This document shows positions 28,576 to 37,674 of a DNA stretch of 64,000 nt, in pieces. The first letter of the stretch is position 1; every line of letters starts with the position of its first letter. This DNA is from a virus. Its lineage: Duplodnaviria > Caudoviricetes. The notes under the pieces were generated by a model. That model did not search any database and was not told where the DNA came from. It saw only the letters and a program-made list of their open reading frames with translations. Both the position numbers and the translations under genes were made by a program. Location of the stretch: the IMG/VR virus record IMGVR_UViG_3300033463_000076, positions 16,113-80,112 of that record; one strand, written 5' to 3'.

Positions 28576-28626
28576 ATCACTTACGTTAAAAACTTGTTTC
28601 TTAATGCTGGCCAACCGGCCGCTCTC

Positions 28627-28782
28627 TTACTTGTTCAATGCTGAATAGTTCATCAACCAGGTTGCCGCTGTCTGCTGGCTTGCTCCTGTCTCTGTGACTA
28701 TCTTCTCCAGTGTGCCCAGAAACGACTCTTTCTGAGCACGTGCGGAGTCGATTATCTTCCGCACGTTCTCAGGCGTTTCCAT
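28627..28782 (-). CDS. Small hypothetical protein
   Basis: METPENVRKIID..., 51 aa, abuts the stop at 28784. Confidence 0.45.
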   Translation of the reverse strand: METPENVRKIIDSARAQKESFLGTLEKIVTETGASQQTAATWLMNYSALNK

Positions 28783-28783
28783 A

Positions 28784-29440
28784 TTACAGGTTGTCTTTGT
28801 AGTCCGAAACATTCTCCGCGCAGCTGATCTGAGTGGCACCGCGACGGTTAACGAAATACTTCTCCAGCGTTCTCTTGATGCGGATGACCTGAATCTGGCA
28901 GTATTCCATGCCGACAGGGAAACCATCTTCCGAGTTGTCGAAGTAACCGAGGGTACGGAACGACTTCAGGCCTACAGACTTGGCAGCTGCGCTTCCTTCG
29001 TCGTACTTGTCAAAGCCAGTACCGTCAGACTTGACGAACATTCGAGTGAAGCGGACGGTATCGGTGTCGCTTGACTGCTTGAAGTACTCCTGAACGATAC
29101 AGAACTGGTTCAGCAGTGGGTCGTTACTGCGAAGAAGCTCGTCGATCCAGTAAGGCGAGAACGTTCCAGTGGTAGCCACGTCGAACTTGTAAGGCTCCTG
29201 TTTCTCCTCCTTAGCCTCTGCCGGCTGCTCGGGCTCTACAGGCTCCAGGTCTTCCTCTTTCTCCACTCGGACATTACCCTGATACTGCTTCTTCAGGGAA
29301 GCCTTCAATGCTGATACACTGCGCTTACCTTTCAACTCCTCCAGCTGCTTGAAAAGCTCCTCGGACTTGATGGTTGCTGACTCGAAGTTCTCACTCTCGA
29401 AAATGCTCTTAATCTGAGCCTTAATCTCTTTTTCTTTCAT
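28784..29440 (-). CDS. Hypothetical early protein (TAAGAGCAATG-tagged)
   Basis: 218 aa, first gene after promoter block 2. Confidence 0.7.
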   Translation of the reverse strand: MKEKEIKAQIKSIFESENFESATIKSEELFKQLEELKGKRSVSALKASLKKQYQGNVRVEKEEDLEPVEPEQPAEAKEEKQEPYKFDVATTGTFSPYWIDELLRSNDPLLNQFCIVQEYFKQSSDTDTVRFTRMFVKSDGTGFDKYDEGSAAAKSVGLKSFRTLGYFDNSEDGFPVGMEYCQIQVIRIKRTLEKYFVNRRGATQISCAENVSDYKDNL

Positions 29441-29590
29441 TGCTCTTAATTTTTTAAAAACGTTTCTTAATATGTTTATTGTTTACACTTGTAAAGGTAG
29501 TGAATTTTCTCGAATTGTGCAAGGGTTACGCTCTTTATTTTGTTAACCGGACTTAACTGGCGAAGAGTTTAACCTTTCCTAACTTTTGAC
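29438..29590 (-). repeat. Repeated early promoter/leader block, copy 2
   Basis: TACCTTTACA 29490-29499, ATTAAGAAAC 29462-29471, TAAGAGCAATG start. Confidence 0.8.
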
Positions 29591-29592
29591 CC

Positions 29593-29778
29593 TTAGTTGG
29601 CGAACATACGCTTTACGTTCGGCCTTGACAGCAGGTGGTCTTTCAGCAGGATTGCCTTGCCCTGGAAGTAGTATCCATATCTCCACAGCTCAACGAGGAA
29701 ACCTTTCTCCCAGTATCGCTCTACGAAATAGGTCTCTTTGCCTATCTCTATCTTCTTATGGAGGCTAACGACTGTCAT
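29593..29778 (-). CDS. Small hypothetical protein
   Basis: 61 aa. Confidence 0.45.
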   Translation of the reverse strand: MTVVSLHKKIEIGKETYFVERYWEKGFLVELWRYGYYFQGKAILLKDHLLSRPNVKRMFAN

Positions 29779-29781
29779 GGC

Positions 29782-29973
29782 TTAATACATTTTCTGGACG
29801 AACAGCTTTGTATTCCAGTCATTGACATACGTGAAATACTTCTCACGGGGCTCACAGACCAGGTTGACTTTCTTCTTCTTGTCCTCAAACCACTGATCTG
29901 CTTCTTCCTGAGTCTTGAACCTCTTGGTCTCTCTCCTCAGTGACTTCTCGTTTAAAATGATGATTCTGACCAT
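29782..29973 (-). CDS. Small hypothetical early protein (TAAGAGCAATG-tagged)
   Basis: 63 aa after promoter block 3. Confidence 0.65.
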   Translation of the reverse strand: MVRIIILNEKSLRRETKRFKTQEEADQWFEDKKKKVNLVCEPREKYFTYVNDWNTKLFVQKMY

Positions 29974-30120
29974 TGCTCTTACTTCTTTTAGTTGTTTCTT
30001 AATGTTTTATTTTTATGATGTAAAGGTAGTGAAAAAGCGCGATATATGCAAGGTTTTCGGCGAAAAAATACTTAAAAAGTGTTCAGCGACCGATTATTTA
30101 ACCTTACCTAACTTTTGCAG
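29971..30120 (-). repeat. Repeated early promoter/leader block, copy 3
   Basis: TACCTTTACA 30019-30028, CATTAAGAAAC 29994-30004. Confidence 0.8.
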
Positions 30121-30125
30121 CGTCA

Positions 30126-30323
30126 CTACTCCTCCAGCCAGTAATCACGGTACTTCATCGCAGCCTCATACGTGATGCCATGCTTCTTTGCTTCCTCAGT
30201 CACCTGCTCCTTGGTGGCCGACCTGTCAAGAACCAGCCACACACATCCCGCACGGTGCCGTATCTCCGTCTCTTTCGAGATCACGAACTCTGAGTGCATC
30301 TTTTCTGTCAGTTCCTCTTTCAT
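30126..30323 (-). CDS. Small protein, candidate immunity protein for MuF-GNAT
   Basis: 65 aa directly downstream of MuF; TAAATTTG box 4 nt before the ATG. Confidence 0.5.
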   Translation of the reverse strand: MKEELTEKMHSEFVISKETEIRHRAGCVWLVLDRSATKEQVTEEAKKHGITYEAAMKYRDYWLEE

Positions 30324-30346
30324 GCCGCAAATTTACGAATAAAAAT

Positions 30347-32095
30347 TCACATTCCGATATAATCATGCAAATATTTCATCTGCGTGCCGTTCTTCAGGTC
30401 GATAAGGCCTTCCCACGACGAGTTAAGCAGCAGCCTGTTTCCGAATCCTGAGTAGGCCAGTTTCTGCATAGGAACGTAATCACCGCACTGACTGATGAAA
30501 CTCATTGCTTCATCAAGCTCCTGCTGTGTAATCTTTCCTCTTGCAGCGGCTTCCTCGACCATCCACGTGATATCCTTCTTCCTGGCCATGGCGCCATACT
30601 TGGCCCAGCACAAACCGCCTCTTTCCATATTGGCCTTGATATACACCTTCTGAATACCGCACAACTCATACTGCTCGAACAGATCACGGAACACACGCTT
30701 TCCGATTCCGATACCCTGCATAGGCTCAGGCAGAACAAATTCCTCATGGTCGACCACAGGAATCTTAGAACCACCGGACTGCTCAAACCTGAACAGACGG
30801 GTAAGGGTCAGCTTGGCATCATCCTTATCACGTGCGCTGTATTTCAAACGAACCTCTCCATCACCGCAGTCAATCAGGTGCTTATAGCCAATCCTGCACT
30901 CGTATTCATCACATATCCCCTCAAACTTCCTGTCGAACCTGCTGACGTTGAAGCCGGCCATCGCACTCTTATTGAAGGCCTCAACAGCCACAGCCCTCTT
31001 AGAGAATCCTCGGGTAATCAGCTCACTGCGTATCTCCTCAGTCATTTCAAACGGCTGCAGGGCCTTGCTTGCCTCATTCACCAACGACCTGTTATCACGC
31101 AGCCAGTAGGGGAGCGTGCCCTTCTTACTGGCCTTGACGATCTCGGCGGCGTGGTCTGCCAGCCAGTTCTTCATGTTATCAGGAACATCCGTCACCTCGT
31201 TCTTGCTCGGATCGTCATCATCAGCCCAGAAATCATCCTCGTCTTTCAGGATAGGAACGACGTAGCACATATCGTTAGGATGCCAGCCCGTCCACTTAAT
31301 CGTTTTCGGGTACTTTCCTGCAAGCATATCGCAGATATCGCCGTTCGGCATACGGTCATGATGGCTCTTGCTCAGTTTTATCTCGAAGCCGATGACGAAG
31401 TCCATCTGCTGCCAGCGGGTCCACTCGGCTGTACGGTAGGCCATGTTTATCTCTGAACGGGCGAGACGGAGGGAACGGTACTCACAGTCCTCGCACTCGA
31501 CGGCCTTTCCGTACCTCTCCTTGTAGTCATCCTTCAGCCTGTCGAAGTCCTTCAGGTACTTACTGAGACGCTTGCTGAGGGTAACGGCATCGATACCCTT
31601 CTCCAGTGCCGACGAAATGGCGTACTCCATTTCCTGCTTCATGTTCTCCGACTGGTCCCAGATTGCTTCCGACAGGTGGAACTCCCCACTGATCTTGCGC
31701 TGCTGGAAAGCCTTCAACACGTCGCTGTTCGTCTGATAGTACACCTTGTGCTTCTCACCTCCGGCCTTGGAACCGTAGTATTTCAGCACCTTGTCAGCCA
31801 ACAAGTCCTGAACGATGTTACTCTGCTTCCACTCGTCGCTTGTACCACGATGTATGATAGCGCCGATATCCTCGACGAAGCGGCTCTGCACCTTCCTCAT
31901 CGCGTCCTTCGTCTCAGGGAAGTCGGAGAAACGGAACGGTACATCACTGGCGGCATATCCAGTACGCTCGGCTATCTTTGCCGTCTCGAGACTACACGCA
32001 TCAAAGACACCCTGAACCAATAACAGGTATCGGTTCAGGCGGGCGTTCAACGACGTGTACTTACCCTTCTGGTTTATCCCCCTCGGTGTTCCCAT
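30347..32095 (-). CDS. MuF (SPP1 gp7-like) head protein fused to a C-terminal GNAT-like domain
   Basis: RLARSEINMAY...CDMLAGKYPK...WHPNDMC MuF core; FVLPEPMQGIGIGK acetyl-CoA-binding motif in the C-terminus. Confidence 0.8.
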   Translation of the reverse strand: MGTPRGINQKGKYTSLNARLNRYLLLVQGVFDACSLETAKIAERTGYAASDVPFRFSDFPETKDAMRKVQSRFVEDIGAIIHRGTSDEWKQSNIVQDLLADKVLKYYGSKAGGEKHKVYYQTNSDVLKAFQQRKISGEFHLSEAIWDQSENMKQEMEYAISSALEKGIDAVTLSKRLSKYLKDFDRLKDDYKERYGKAVECEDCEYRSLRLARSEINMAYRTAEWTRWQQMDFVIGFEIKLSKSHHDRMPNGDICDMLAGKYPKTIKWTGWHPNDMCYVVPILKDEDDFWADDDDPSKNEVTDVPDNMKNWLADHAAEIVKASKKGTLPYWLRDNRSLVNEASKALQPFEMTEEIRSELITRGFSKRAVAVEAFNKSAMAGFNVSRFDRKFEGICDEYECRIGYKHLIDCGDGEVRLKYSARDKDDAKLTLTRLFRFEQSGGSKIPVVDHEEFVLPEPMQGIGIGKRVFRDLFEQYELCGIQKVYIKANMERGGLCWAKYGAMARKKDITWMVEEAAARGKITQQELDEAMSFISQCGDYVPMQKLAYSGFGNRLLLNSSWEGLIDLKNGTQMKYLHDYIGM

Positions 32096-32324
32096 CTGTC
32101 TTAGGCGTAAAATGTTCCTTACAAGCAGGCGAAGACAACAGGACGCAAAACTCTCCGTCCATATAGTGCGGACACTTGCCCAGTGTCGGCTTCCTGTCCT
32201 TAACGGTCAGGGTGTGGAAACGGGTCACTTCAACCACATTCCCACACTCTCCACACTTCTTGCCTTCCCAAATCTTAGGCTCCGGCGGTGTCTTCGGCCT
32301 TTGGACTGTCCTTCTTTGGGGCAT
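32061..32324 (-). CDS. Small Cys-rich protein
   Basis: CGEC...CPH...C...C pattern; likely start MPQRR. Confidence 0.55.
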   Translation of the reverse strand: MPQRRTVQRPKTPPEPKIWEGKKCGECGNVVEVTRFHTLTVKDRKPTLGKCPHYMDGEFCVLLSSPACKEHFTPKTDGNTEGDKPEG

Positions 32325-32649
32325 AGACGTACAGCTTACCGTAAACCTTTGCTTCAAACAGGCCCTTCTTCACTTCGAAGTTGACAAGACCGTACTGCTC
32401 AGCACCCTTGGCGATATCCATGATAATCAACCGCTTCGTATCTTCTATCAGGGACTTCATGCCCTTGCGATACGAATCATCCTCTGGATGCTCCTTTACG
32501 TACTTCTTCAGGTCGCTCTTCTTCAACTGGTAGGCACTACCCAAAACCATAGGCTCATAACCTACAAGCTCCTCGATGACCTTCTCCCGTGCCGACGGAC
32601 TAATCTTAAACGCCAGCCACACCATGAACTTTGCTAATCTTTTTCTCAT
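32275..32649 (-). CDS. Hypothetical protein
   Basis: 124 aa after the portal gene. Confidence 0.55.
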   Translation of the reverse strand: MRKRLAKFMVWLAFKISPSAREKVIEELVGYEPMVLGSAYQLKKSDLKKYVKEHPEDDSYRKGMKSLIEDTKRLIIMDIAKGAEQYGLVNFEVKKGLFEAKVYGKLYVYAPKKDSPKAEDTAGA

Positions 32650-32659
32650 AACTTGTGCT

Positions 32660-34108
32660 TTATACTGCTCCCTCCTGTAAGAGCGAGCTTAACGTTGACT
32701 TGTTCTCTTCTGTCTGTTCCTGCTGAATCTGCTCCAGCGTCTTAACTGGGTCTTTCGACTTTCCATAGCGGATAATGGACTCCAAATGGCTCTCGATGGC
32801 CTTGCCACCGTTGGCCTTCAGACGCTTCTCGATCTCCTGCATTTCGTCCTTCGGGATGTACGGCGTAATGACGTGCTTGATACGGACGTTATCGACCTCC
32901 TTCTCCCACTCAGGGTCATCGGACATAATCTTCAGGAACGCCTTGATGACATTACCCTCACGACGGTATGCCTGAAGTAGCGGCTTGGACTCCTGGCCAA
33001 TCTTCAGGAACACGTCAATGAATATCGTCATACGGGCATCGTAGCCGATAGAGTTGAGCTGTATCATCTTCTCTACGCTGATATCGGCCATCTGGTTAAT
33101 CTGCCAAAAGAACGACAGGCTTCTGTCGATGTGGTTCTTGTTAGCATCATTCGACTGATCCCACGAGACATACGATACATCGCCTGTGTTCTCCACACGG
33201 AAAATACGACGGCTCTCACCCTTATCCTCGTCGCCCTGCAGCTGACCGGCAATCTTCAGGATTGGCGTAGCATTCCAGGCGATAACGTCGCTGTCCCTCG
33301 AGTGGGTGTACTCCACATCCTCGCGCAAGTCGCTCGAACCCTGCTTCCACGTCTTTTTCTTACGCCAAGCATACACTCCAGGAATCTTCAGGATGACAAC
33401 CTCGTCGCCATACGTGACATTTCCCTCTGCATCTTCATACAGGATGACAGGCTCCCAGTCGCCACCGTCCTTGCACCACTTGTACTTCCTGTCCTTCGTA
33501 TAGGTCTCGAAGAACTCCAGTTCCTTGTCACCGACGGTCTTCTTGTAGTAGAACGACATGGCCAGCATATCATCCATTTCGTCCATCAGCGGGTACAGGA
33601 CGACATCGTCATTCATCGGCGAATACACCTTGCACTTCAGCTTGTAGTCCGAATGGAAGCCGTACAGGTCATTCTCCTTCTTGACTGCATACCACAACGT
33701 GAACATTTCGCAAGCGGCAAAGTACGCCAGTCCTCGTTCCATGTTCACGGTGTCGATGTCTGCCTCCTCATAGATACGCTCTATGGCGGTGGCGATCTTC
33801 TGACGAACCTCGTTATCGTCGATATCCTGGTACTCACGCTTGACGGGTATGGTGTGCATGAACTGATTGATACGGTTGACCAGCAGCTCTTCAAGTCCTA
33901 TGGCTATCTGAGCGGCTTCGTCAACAGTGCCGTCGTCATGAACAACGTCAACACGTCCAGAGTCATCACCTGCTATCTTATGCTTGCTTGCATACAGCTC
34001 TTCCTTCAACTTATCCCACGCTGGCGGGTTGGTCGATTTCTTCATCAGGTCATTAACTATGGCATTACTGCCACGAGACCAGTCGAGTATCTTCAAAAGT
34101 TCGTCCAT
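32660..34108 (-). CDS. Portal protein (SPP1-type)
   Basis: Likely start MDELL at 34108; YTHSRDSDVIAWNATPILKI...GDVSYVSW segments typical of SPP1 gp6-like portals; upstream of MuF. Confidence 0.85.
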   Translation of the reverse strand: MDELLKILDWSRGSNAIVNDLMKKSTNPPAWDKLKEELYASKHKIAGDDSGRVDVVHDDGTVDEAAQIAIGLEELLVNRINQFMHTIPVKREYQDIDDNEVRQKIATAIERIYEEADIDTVNMERGLAYFAACEMFTLWYAVKKENDLYGFHSDYKLKCKVYSPMNDDVVLYPLMDEMDDMLAMSFYYKKTVGDKELEFFETYTKDRKYKWCKDGGDWEPVILYEDAEGNVTYGDEVVILKIPGVYAWRKKKTWKQGSSDLREDVEYTHSRDSDVIAWNATPILKIAGQLQGDEDKGESRRIFRVENTGDVSYVSWDQSNDANKNHIDRSLSFFWQINQMADISVEKMIQLNSIGYDARMTIFIDVFLKIGQESKPLLQAYRREGNVIKAFLKIMSDDPEWEKEVDNVRIKHVITPYIPKDEMQEIEKRLKANGGKAIESHLESIIRYGKSKDPVKTLEQIQQEQTEENKSTLSSLLQEGAV

Positions 34109-34132
34109 CGATGTATTTTTGTTATAACGGCG

Positions 34133-34175
34133 CAAATATAGCAAAAAAACTCCGAAACTATTTGAAAAACAAAGA
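34133..34175 (-). promoter_or_regulatory. Portal promoter (-7 TATATTTG) with a variant operator
   Basis: -7 box 34133-34140; TATTTG-AAAAA-CAAAGA at 34159-34175. Confidence 0.55.
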
Positions 34176-34349
34176 GAATTAACATTCTTTGTCAAAATAG
34201 CCTCGGAGTAACATTAAGAAACTTGCTCGTAAAAAAGCAATGAAACGCCTCACGGCGGTATTTCCTAAACTAACTATTATTCCACCTAACTCGCATAGCG
34301 GCGACTGGCGTGTAGTGGGGTAGGATTCATTAGCTACACGCCAACTACG

Positions 34350-34886
34350 TCACCCTTTGAAGTTCTCAAAAACCCATGACAACAGCTTTTCACGGTTATT
34401 CTTATCCAACTCGAGCATGAAACGGTTCATGTCACGTCCGTACTTCTCAAAGTTCCGCTTCAGGTGCTCATGGAACATCTTATCGCTATCCTTCCAGACG
34501 GCTTCTATCCAGTTCGGCGGATAGTTGAACGTGAACAGCGACCAGTTCCTGGCATTCTTGGCGTACTGATCTCTCGTCACCATACGCTCCACATCCATGC
34601 TGTACGTATCGATGACCTCATGTGCCGGCTTATCGCCTCTTAACTTTTCCTGCATCTGTGCGCCATACACTGGGAACAACTCTACAGCCTTCTCAAAGAT
34701 GAACTTCATCTGCGGATATCGGCTCATGTTCATGATGACCAAGGCCATCAGCGTATGAAGGTCGCCACTCATTATACCACGATCATTCTTGTCTGCGAAG
34801 AACATGACACTGACGTCCTCGCCTTTCAGCTTCTCCAGGTCCTCGTGGATGTCCTGCAGCAGCTCTCTAATCTCTTTGTCTGTCAT
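34350..34886 (-). CDS. Hypothetical protein
   Basis: 178 aa; followed by a TGGCGTGTAG/CTACACGCCA hairpin near 34305-34345. Confidence 0.65.
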   Translation of the reverse strand: MTDKEIRELLQDIHEDLEKLKGEDVSVMFFADKNDRGIMSGDLHTLMALVIMNMSRYPQMKFIFEKAVELFPVYGAQMQEKLRGDKPAHEVIDTYSMDVERMVTRDQYAKNARNWSLFTFNYPPNWIEAVWKDSDKMFHEHLKRNFEKYGRDMNRFMLELDKNNREKLLSWVFENFKG

Positions 34887-34897
34887 AATCTGTATCT

Positions 34898-35080
34898 TTA
34901 TTCGTTCTCTAATTCTTCACCAGTCTCGATGACATATCCAGGACCACAATTCGGGCACTCCAAATCCTTCAGCTTGCATACCTTCGGACGTACACAAATC
35001 CACCGCTTCAGGCACTTTACGCAGATAACCTCTGACACCTTGTGCGGCTGGTTCTCCTCGATGTTCACCACTTTCGTCAT
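34898..35080 (-). CDS. Small zinc-ribbon protein
   Basis: CVKC...CPNC. Confidence 0.65.
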   Translation of the reverse strand: MTKVVNIEENQPHKVSEVICVKCLKRWICVRPKVCKLKDLECPNCGPGYVIETGEELENE

Positions 35081-35083
35081 AAC

Positions 35084-35380
35084 TCACAGTCTATAGATGT
35101 AACAATACTTGGCGTGGCCATACTGGACGGCACTGCCATACTCGATAATCGTATTCGGCTTCTCGTCGGTGTGCAGACGGTTGTCATAGACAATCATCGC
35201 TGCACCTTTCAGCTTCAGGTGACCTTTCACCACTCTGGCACCAGCATTGATACAAGTCCGACAAAAATCAGCCTTTGTCTCAAACTGCTCCATCTTCTCT
35301 ACGATCTTGATGTTTCTGTCAGCCCACGTGAGGGCTTTCGCTAACTCTAACTTTGTCATAGCTCCAATAACTCTTTCCAT
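35084..35380 (-). CDS. Hypothetical protein
   Basis: 98 aa, operon packing. Confidence 0.55.
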   Translation of the reverse strand: MERVIGAMTKLELAKALTWADRNIKIVEKMEQFETKADFCRTCINAGARVVKGHLKLKGAAMIVYDNRLHTDEKPNTIIEYGSAVQYGHAKYCYIYRL

Positions 35381-35544
35381 TCTGCATACGTATATAGTCC
35401 ATATCTCTTCCGTGCTTCCTCACGCTCGATGCCGAATTTAGTGCAAGCTAAACTCAGCAGCTCTGCGTAGTGGCCAGTGGTGGGCAATACCCTGACCTTA
35501 CAATTCAGGAACCTCTCTAACGACTTATTCATATCACTTAGCAT
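35356..35544 (-). CDS. Hypothetical protein
   Basis: 62 aa. Confidence 0.5.
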   Translation of the reverse strand: MLSDMNKSLERFLNCKVRVLPTTGHYAELLSLACTKFGIEREEARKRYGLYTYAEWKELLEL

Positions 35545-35821
35545 TTAATTCAGCGACGGCCTCCGTGAAGCACTGGAACGTGCTCAGGTGGTCGATCACC
35601 TCCTGTCTCTTCTTAAACTCGTACTTCATGTTCTGGAACCTGGCACCGACCCAACGGCCATTCTCGAAACGATACGTCTCAGCGGTCCAGTGCCATCCCT
35701 GATATCTCGTCACTCCGTTGTACTGCGATATTATAGCCCTGCGAGTGGCCACGAAACGGAACTTGCCGTCGTTGCTGTCAACGGAGATACACTTGCCGTC
35801 ACCTCTATACACTCTGCTCAT
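35534..35821 (-). CDS. Hypothetical protein
   Basis: 95 aa. Confidence 0.55.
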   Translation of the reverse strand: MSRVYRGDGKCISVDSNDGKFRFVATRRAIISQYNGVTRYQGWHWTAETYRFENGRWVGARFQNMKYEFKKRQEVIDHLSTFQCFTEAVAELNAK

Positions 35822-36051
35822 ACCTCGATATCTTCAAACGTGAAACTACTACCAGTGCTTGCGAGGACGTGGGTCGTGTACCTTTTCAGGTCTTCCATGG
35901 CCAACCTGTCCTGCTCGCAATCCTCATAACTTGCAACCGAATCGTAACAACCGGCCTTGCTGGCTTCCCATTCGTTAGCGAGGCGGTTGTTGTGGTTCAC
36001 CTTCCTGACAACCAGGAACGAACCGTCTGTGACCAATCGAATCTTCTTCAT
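35818..36051 (-). CDS. Hypothetical protein
   Basis: 77 aa; ATGA overlaps with its neighbours. Confidence 0.55.
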   Translation of the reverse strand: MKKIRLVTDGSFLVVRKVNHNNRLANEWEASKAGCYDSVASYEDCEQDRLAMEDLKRYTTHVLASTGSSFTFEDIEV

Positions 36052-36326
36052 CGTTCAACGTATTTATGTGGGTACATTTTCATTATCTCTTCCATCTGCT
36101 CAGCTGCTGTCATGGCTTGCCAATCTGGTCTGAGATACACATAACCACTACCACCGAACAGCATTCCTTTTACCTTCAGTTCATTAACAAGCGACTCCCA
36201 GCCAATACCGAAACGCTTCTCCAAACTATCCCAAGAGACTTTCGCTGTTCCATTATTCTTCCTGCCATTGACGGCACAAAAGATAGCGCAACTGCGGTAT
36301 CGTAAATTCATATCCACTCTTTTCAT
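36048..36326 (-). CDS. Hypothetical protein
   Basis: 92 aa. Confidence 0.55.
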   Translation of the reverse strand: MKRVDMNLRYRSCAIFCAVNGRKNNGTAKVSWDSLEKRFGIGWESLVNELKVKGMLFGGSGYVYLRPDWQAMTAAEQMEEIMKMYPHKYVER

Positions 36327-36433
36327 CTTTCTGTATTTTAAAGGGAGTACGGAGGGTTTGCTTTAACGTCTGCCTTATCTCCGATTTGCCAAGGGCGACA
36401 CTCCTTGTTTCAACGTTCCTCCCGTTAAACTTT

Positions 36434-36868
36434 CTACACGGCCGGCAGGAAACCGCGTCCCTGCCGAGTCGTATCTGTCGTACGTCCTAAATACTTCTTG
36501 ACCTCCCAAATGACGTCGCTGACGGTCTGGAAGTACACCTCAGAGCGTTCAATCTTAATACCGACGCTTTCGATCAACTTCTGCTGTGTCTTGTTGAAGA
36601 AATCAGCAGCCAGCTTACAGCTCTCCGTGTAGTTCATGCCACCGAAGCGGTAAACGATCTCCCAGAGCTTATCACGAACTTTCAGGTCTGCCTCAACCGC
36701 CTTGGCTATCTCCCTGGCTTTGTTGACACGGGCCTGATTCATCTTAACCCACAACTTACAGAACTCGTCTTTGTCGAGGTCTGACTGGTTGTAAACTTCG
36801 TTGATGTGCCAGTACTCGGCTTCTGAAACCTTCATCTGGACTCTTGCTTCAAATTCTGACTGTAACAT
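36434..36868 (-). CDS. Hypothetical early protein (TAAGAGCAATG-tagged)
   Basis: 144 aa after promoter block 4. Confidence 0.7.
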   Translation of the reverse strand: MLQSEFEARVQMKVSEAEYWHINEVYNQSDLDKDEFCKLWVKMNQARVNKAREIAKAVEADLKVRDKLWEIVYRFGGMNYTESCKLAADFFNKTQQKLIESVGIKIERSEVYFQTVSDVIWEVKKYLGRTTDTTRQGRGFLPAV

Positions 36869-36990
36869 TGCTCTTAATTCTTTAAAAAACCGTTTCTTAA
36901 TGTTTTATTTTGATAGTGTAAAGGTAGTGAAAAACGGCGATATACGCAAGTATTTCAGTCTTTATTTTCTTAAAAAGTGTTCAACCAAAA
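36866..36990 (-). repeat. Repeated early promoter/leader block, copy 4
   Basis: TACCTTTACA 36917-36926, CATTAAGAAAC 36892-36902. Confidence 0.8.
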
Positions 36991-37001
36991 ACTAAATAAA
37001 C

Positions 37002-37232
37002 TTAACGTAAATACCGCGCTTTCAGCAGTGCCTTGCACTTGAAAACCTCAGCTGCGACATCGATACCCAGGTCTCTGTACAGCCTGCCGTTTCCGTTGAG
37101 CGTGTCGGATGCAATCTCGATGGTTCTGATCTCGTCCGACGTGAATCCCAGTCGGAATGTCTTGGCTATGTTCATGGCCTTCGACCACTCTCCAGCCCGG
37201 ACATAACCAACAACTTGCTCGGTCTTTGTCAT
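37002..37232 (-). CDS. Hypothetical protein
   Basis: 76 aa. Confidence 0.55.
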   Translation of the reverse strand: MTKTEQVVGYVRAGEWSKAMNIAKTFRLGFTSDEIRTIEIASDTLNGNGRLYRDLGIDVAAEVFKCKALLKARYLR

Positions 37233-37390
37233 GCAGGGAAAAACTCTACTCCAGTATAGTCACTCTCGTCAAGGACGATCTCGCTGTCCCTATACTGACA
37301 CTCAACAATGTCAGCAGCTTCCTCAAAGCTGTCTGCCTCTACCTCGACCACTCTTTCAAGGGTCTCTACGATTTTCACTTTCTGTTTCAT
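37229..37390 (-). CDS. DpnD/PcfM-like small protein
   Basis: Hand-translated, below the ORF-track length: MKQKVKIVETLERVVEVEADSFEEAADIVECQYRDSEIVLDESDYTGVEFFPA. Confidence 0.75.
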   Translation of the reverse strand: MKQKVKIVETLERVVEVEADSFEEAADIVECQYRDSEIVLDESDYTGVEFFPA

Positions 37391-37674
37391 TCTTCACACG
37401 ATATTGAATAACCATTCATCGAGTCTGTCAACAACTCGTACATTTCCTCTCTCGTATATCTGTCTGCCAACCCTTTCGCCCTGCCATTGCAGAGGTCATA
37501 ACCGACACTCAGATCATCGTAGTACTGACTCAGCAAATCCTCACCGCTTTTTGTCAGCTCATGAACATCACCTGCGAGGTCATCAGGGTTTTCACTGCTC
37601 GTCCACATATCAGGTGTGAACACTGCATCATCATCGCCTTCGTAATAGGCTTCAGTCCTTCCGATATACATCAT
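37387..37674 (-). CDS. Acidic hypothetical protein
   Basis: 95 aa, D/E-rich. Confidence 0.55.
   Translation of the reverse strand: MMYIGRTEAYYEGDDDAVFTPDMWTSSENPDDLAGDVHELTKSGEDLLSQYYDDLSVGYDLCNGRAKGLADRYTREEMYELLTDSMNGYSISCEE

Noticed and set aside
36330-36420. Possible structured RNA (GGAG/CTCC nested stems; 5' AAGGAGTGT like the 54031 element)
   Set aside because: Pairing is short, with no promoter or terminator evidence; cannot be told apart from an ordinary intergenic hairpin.
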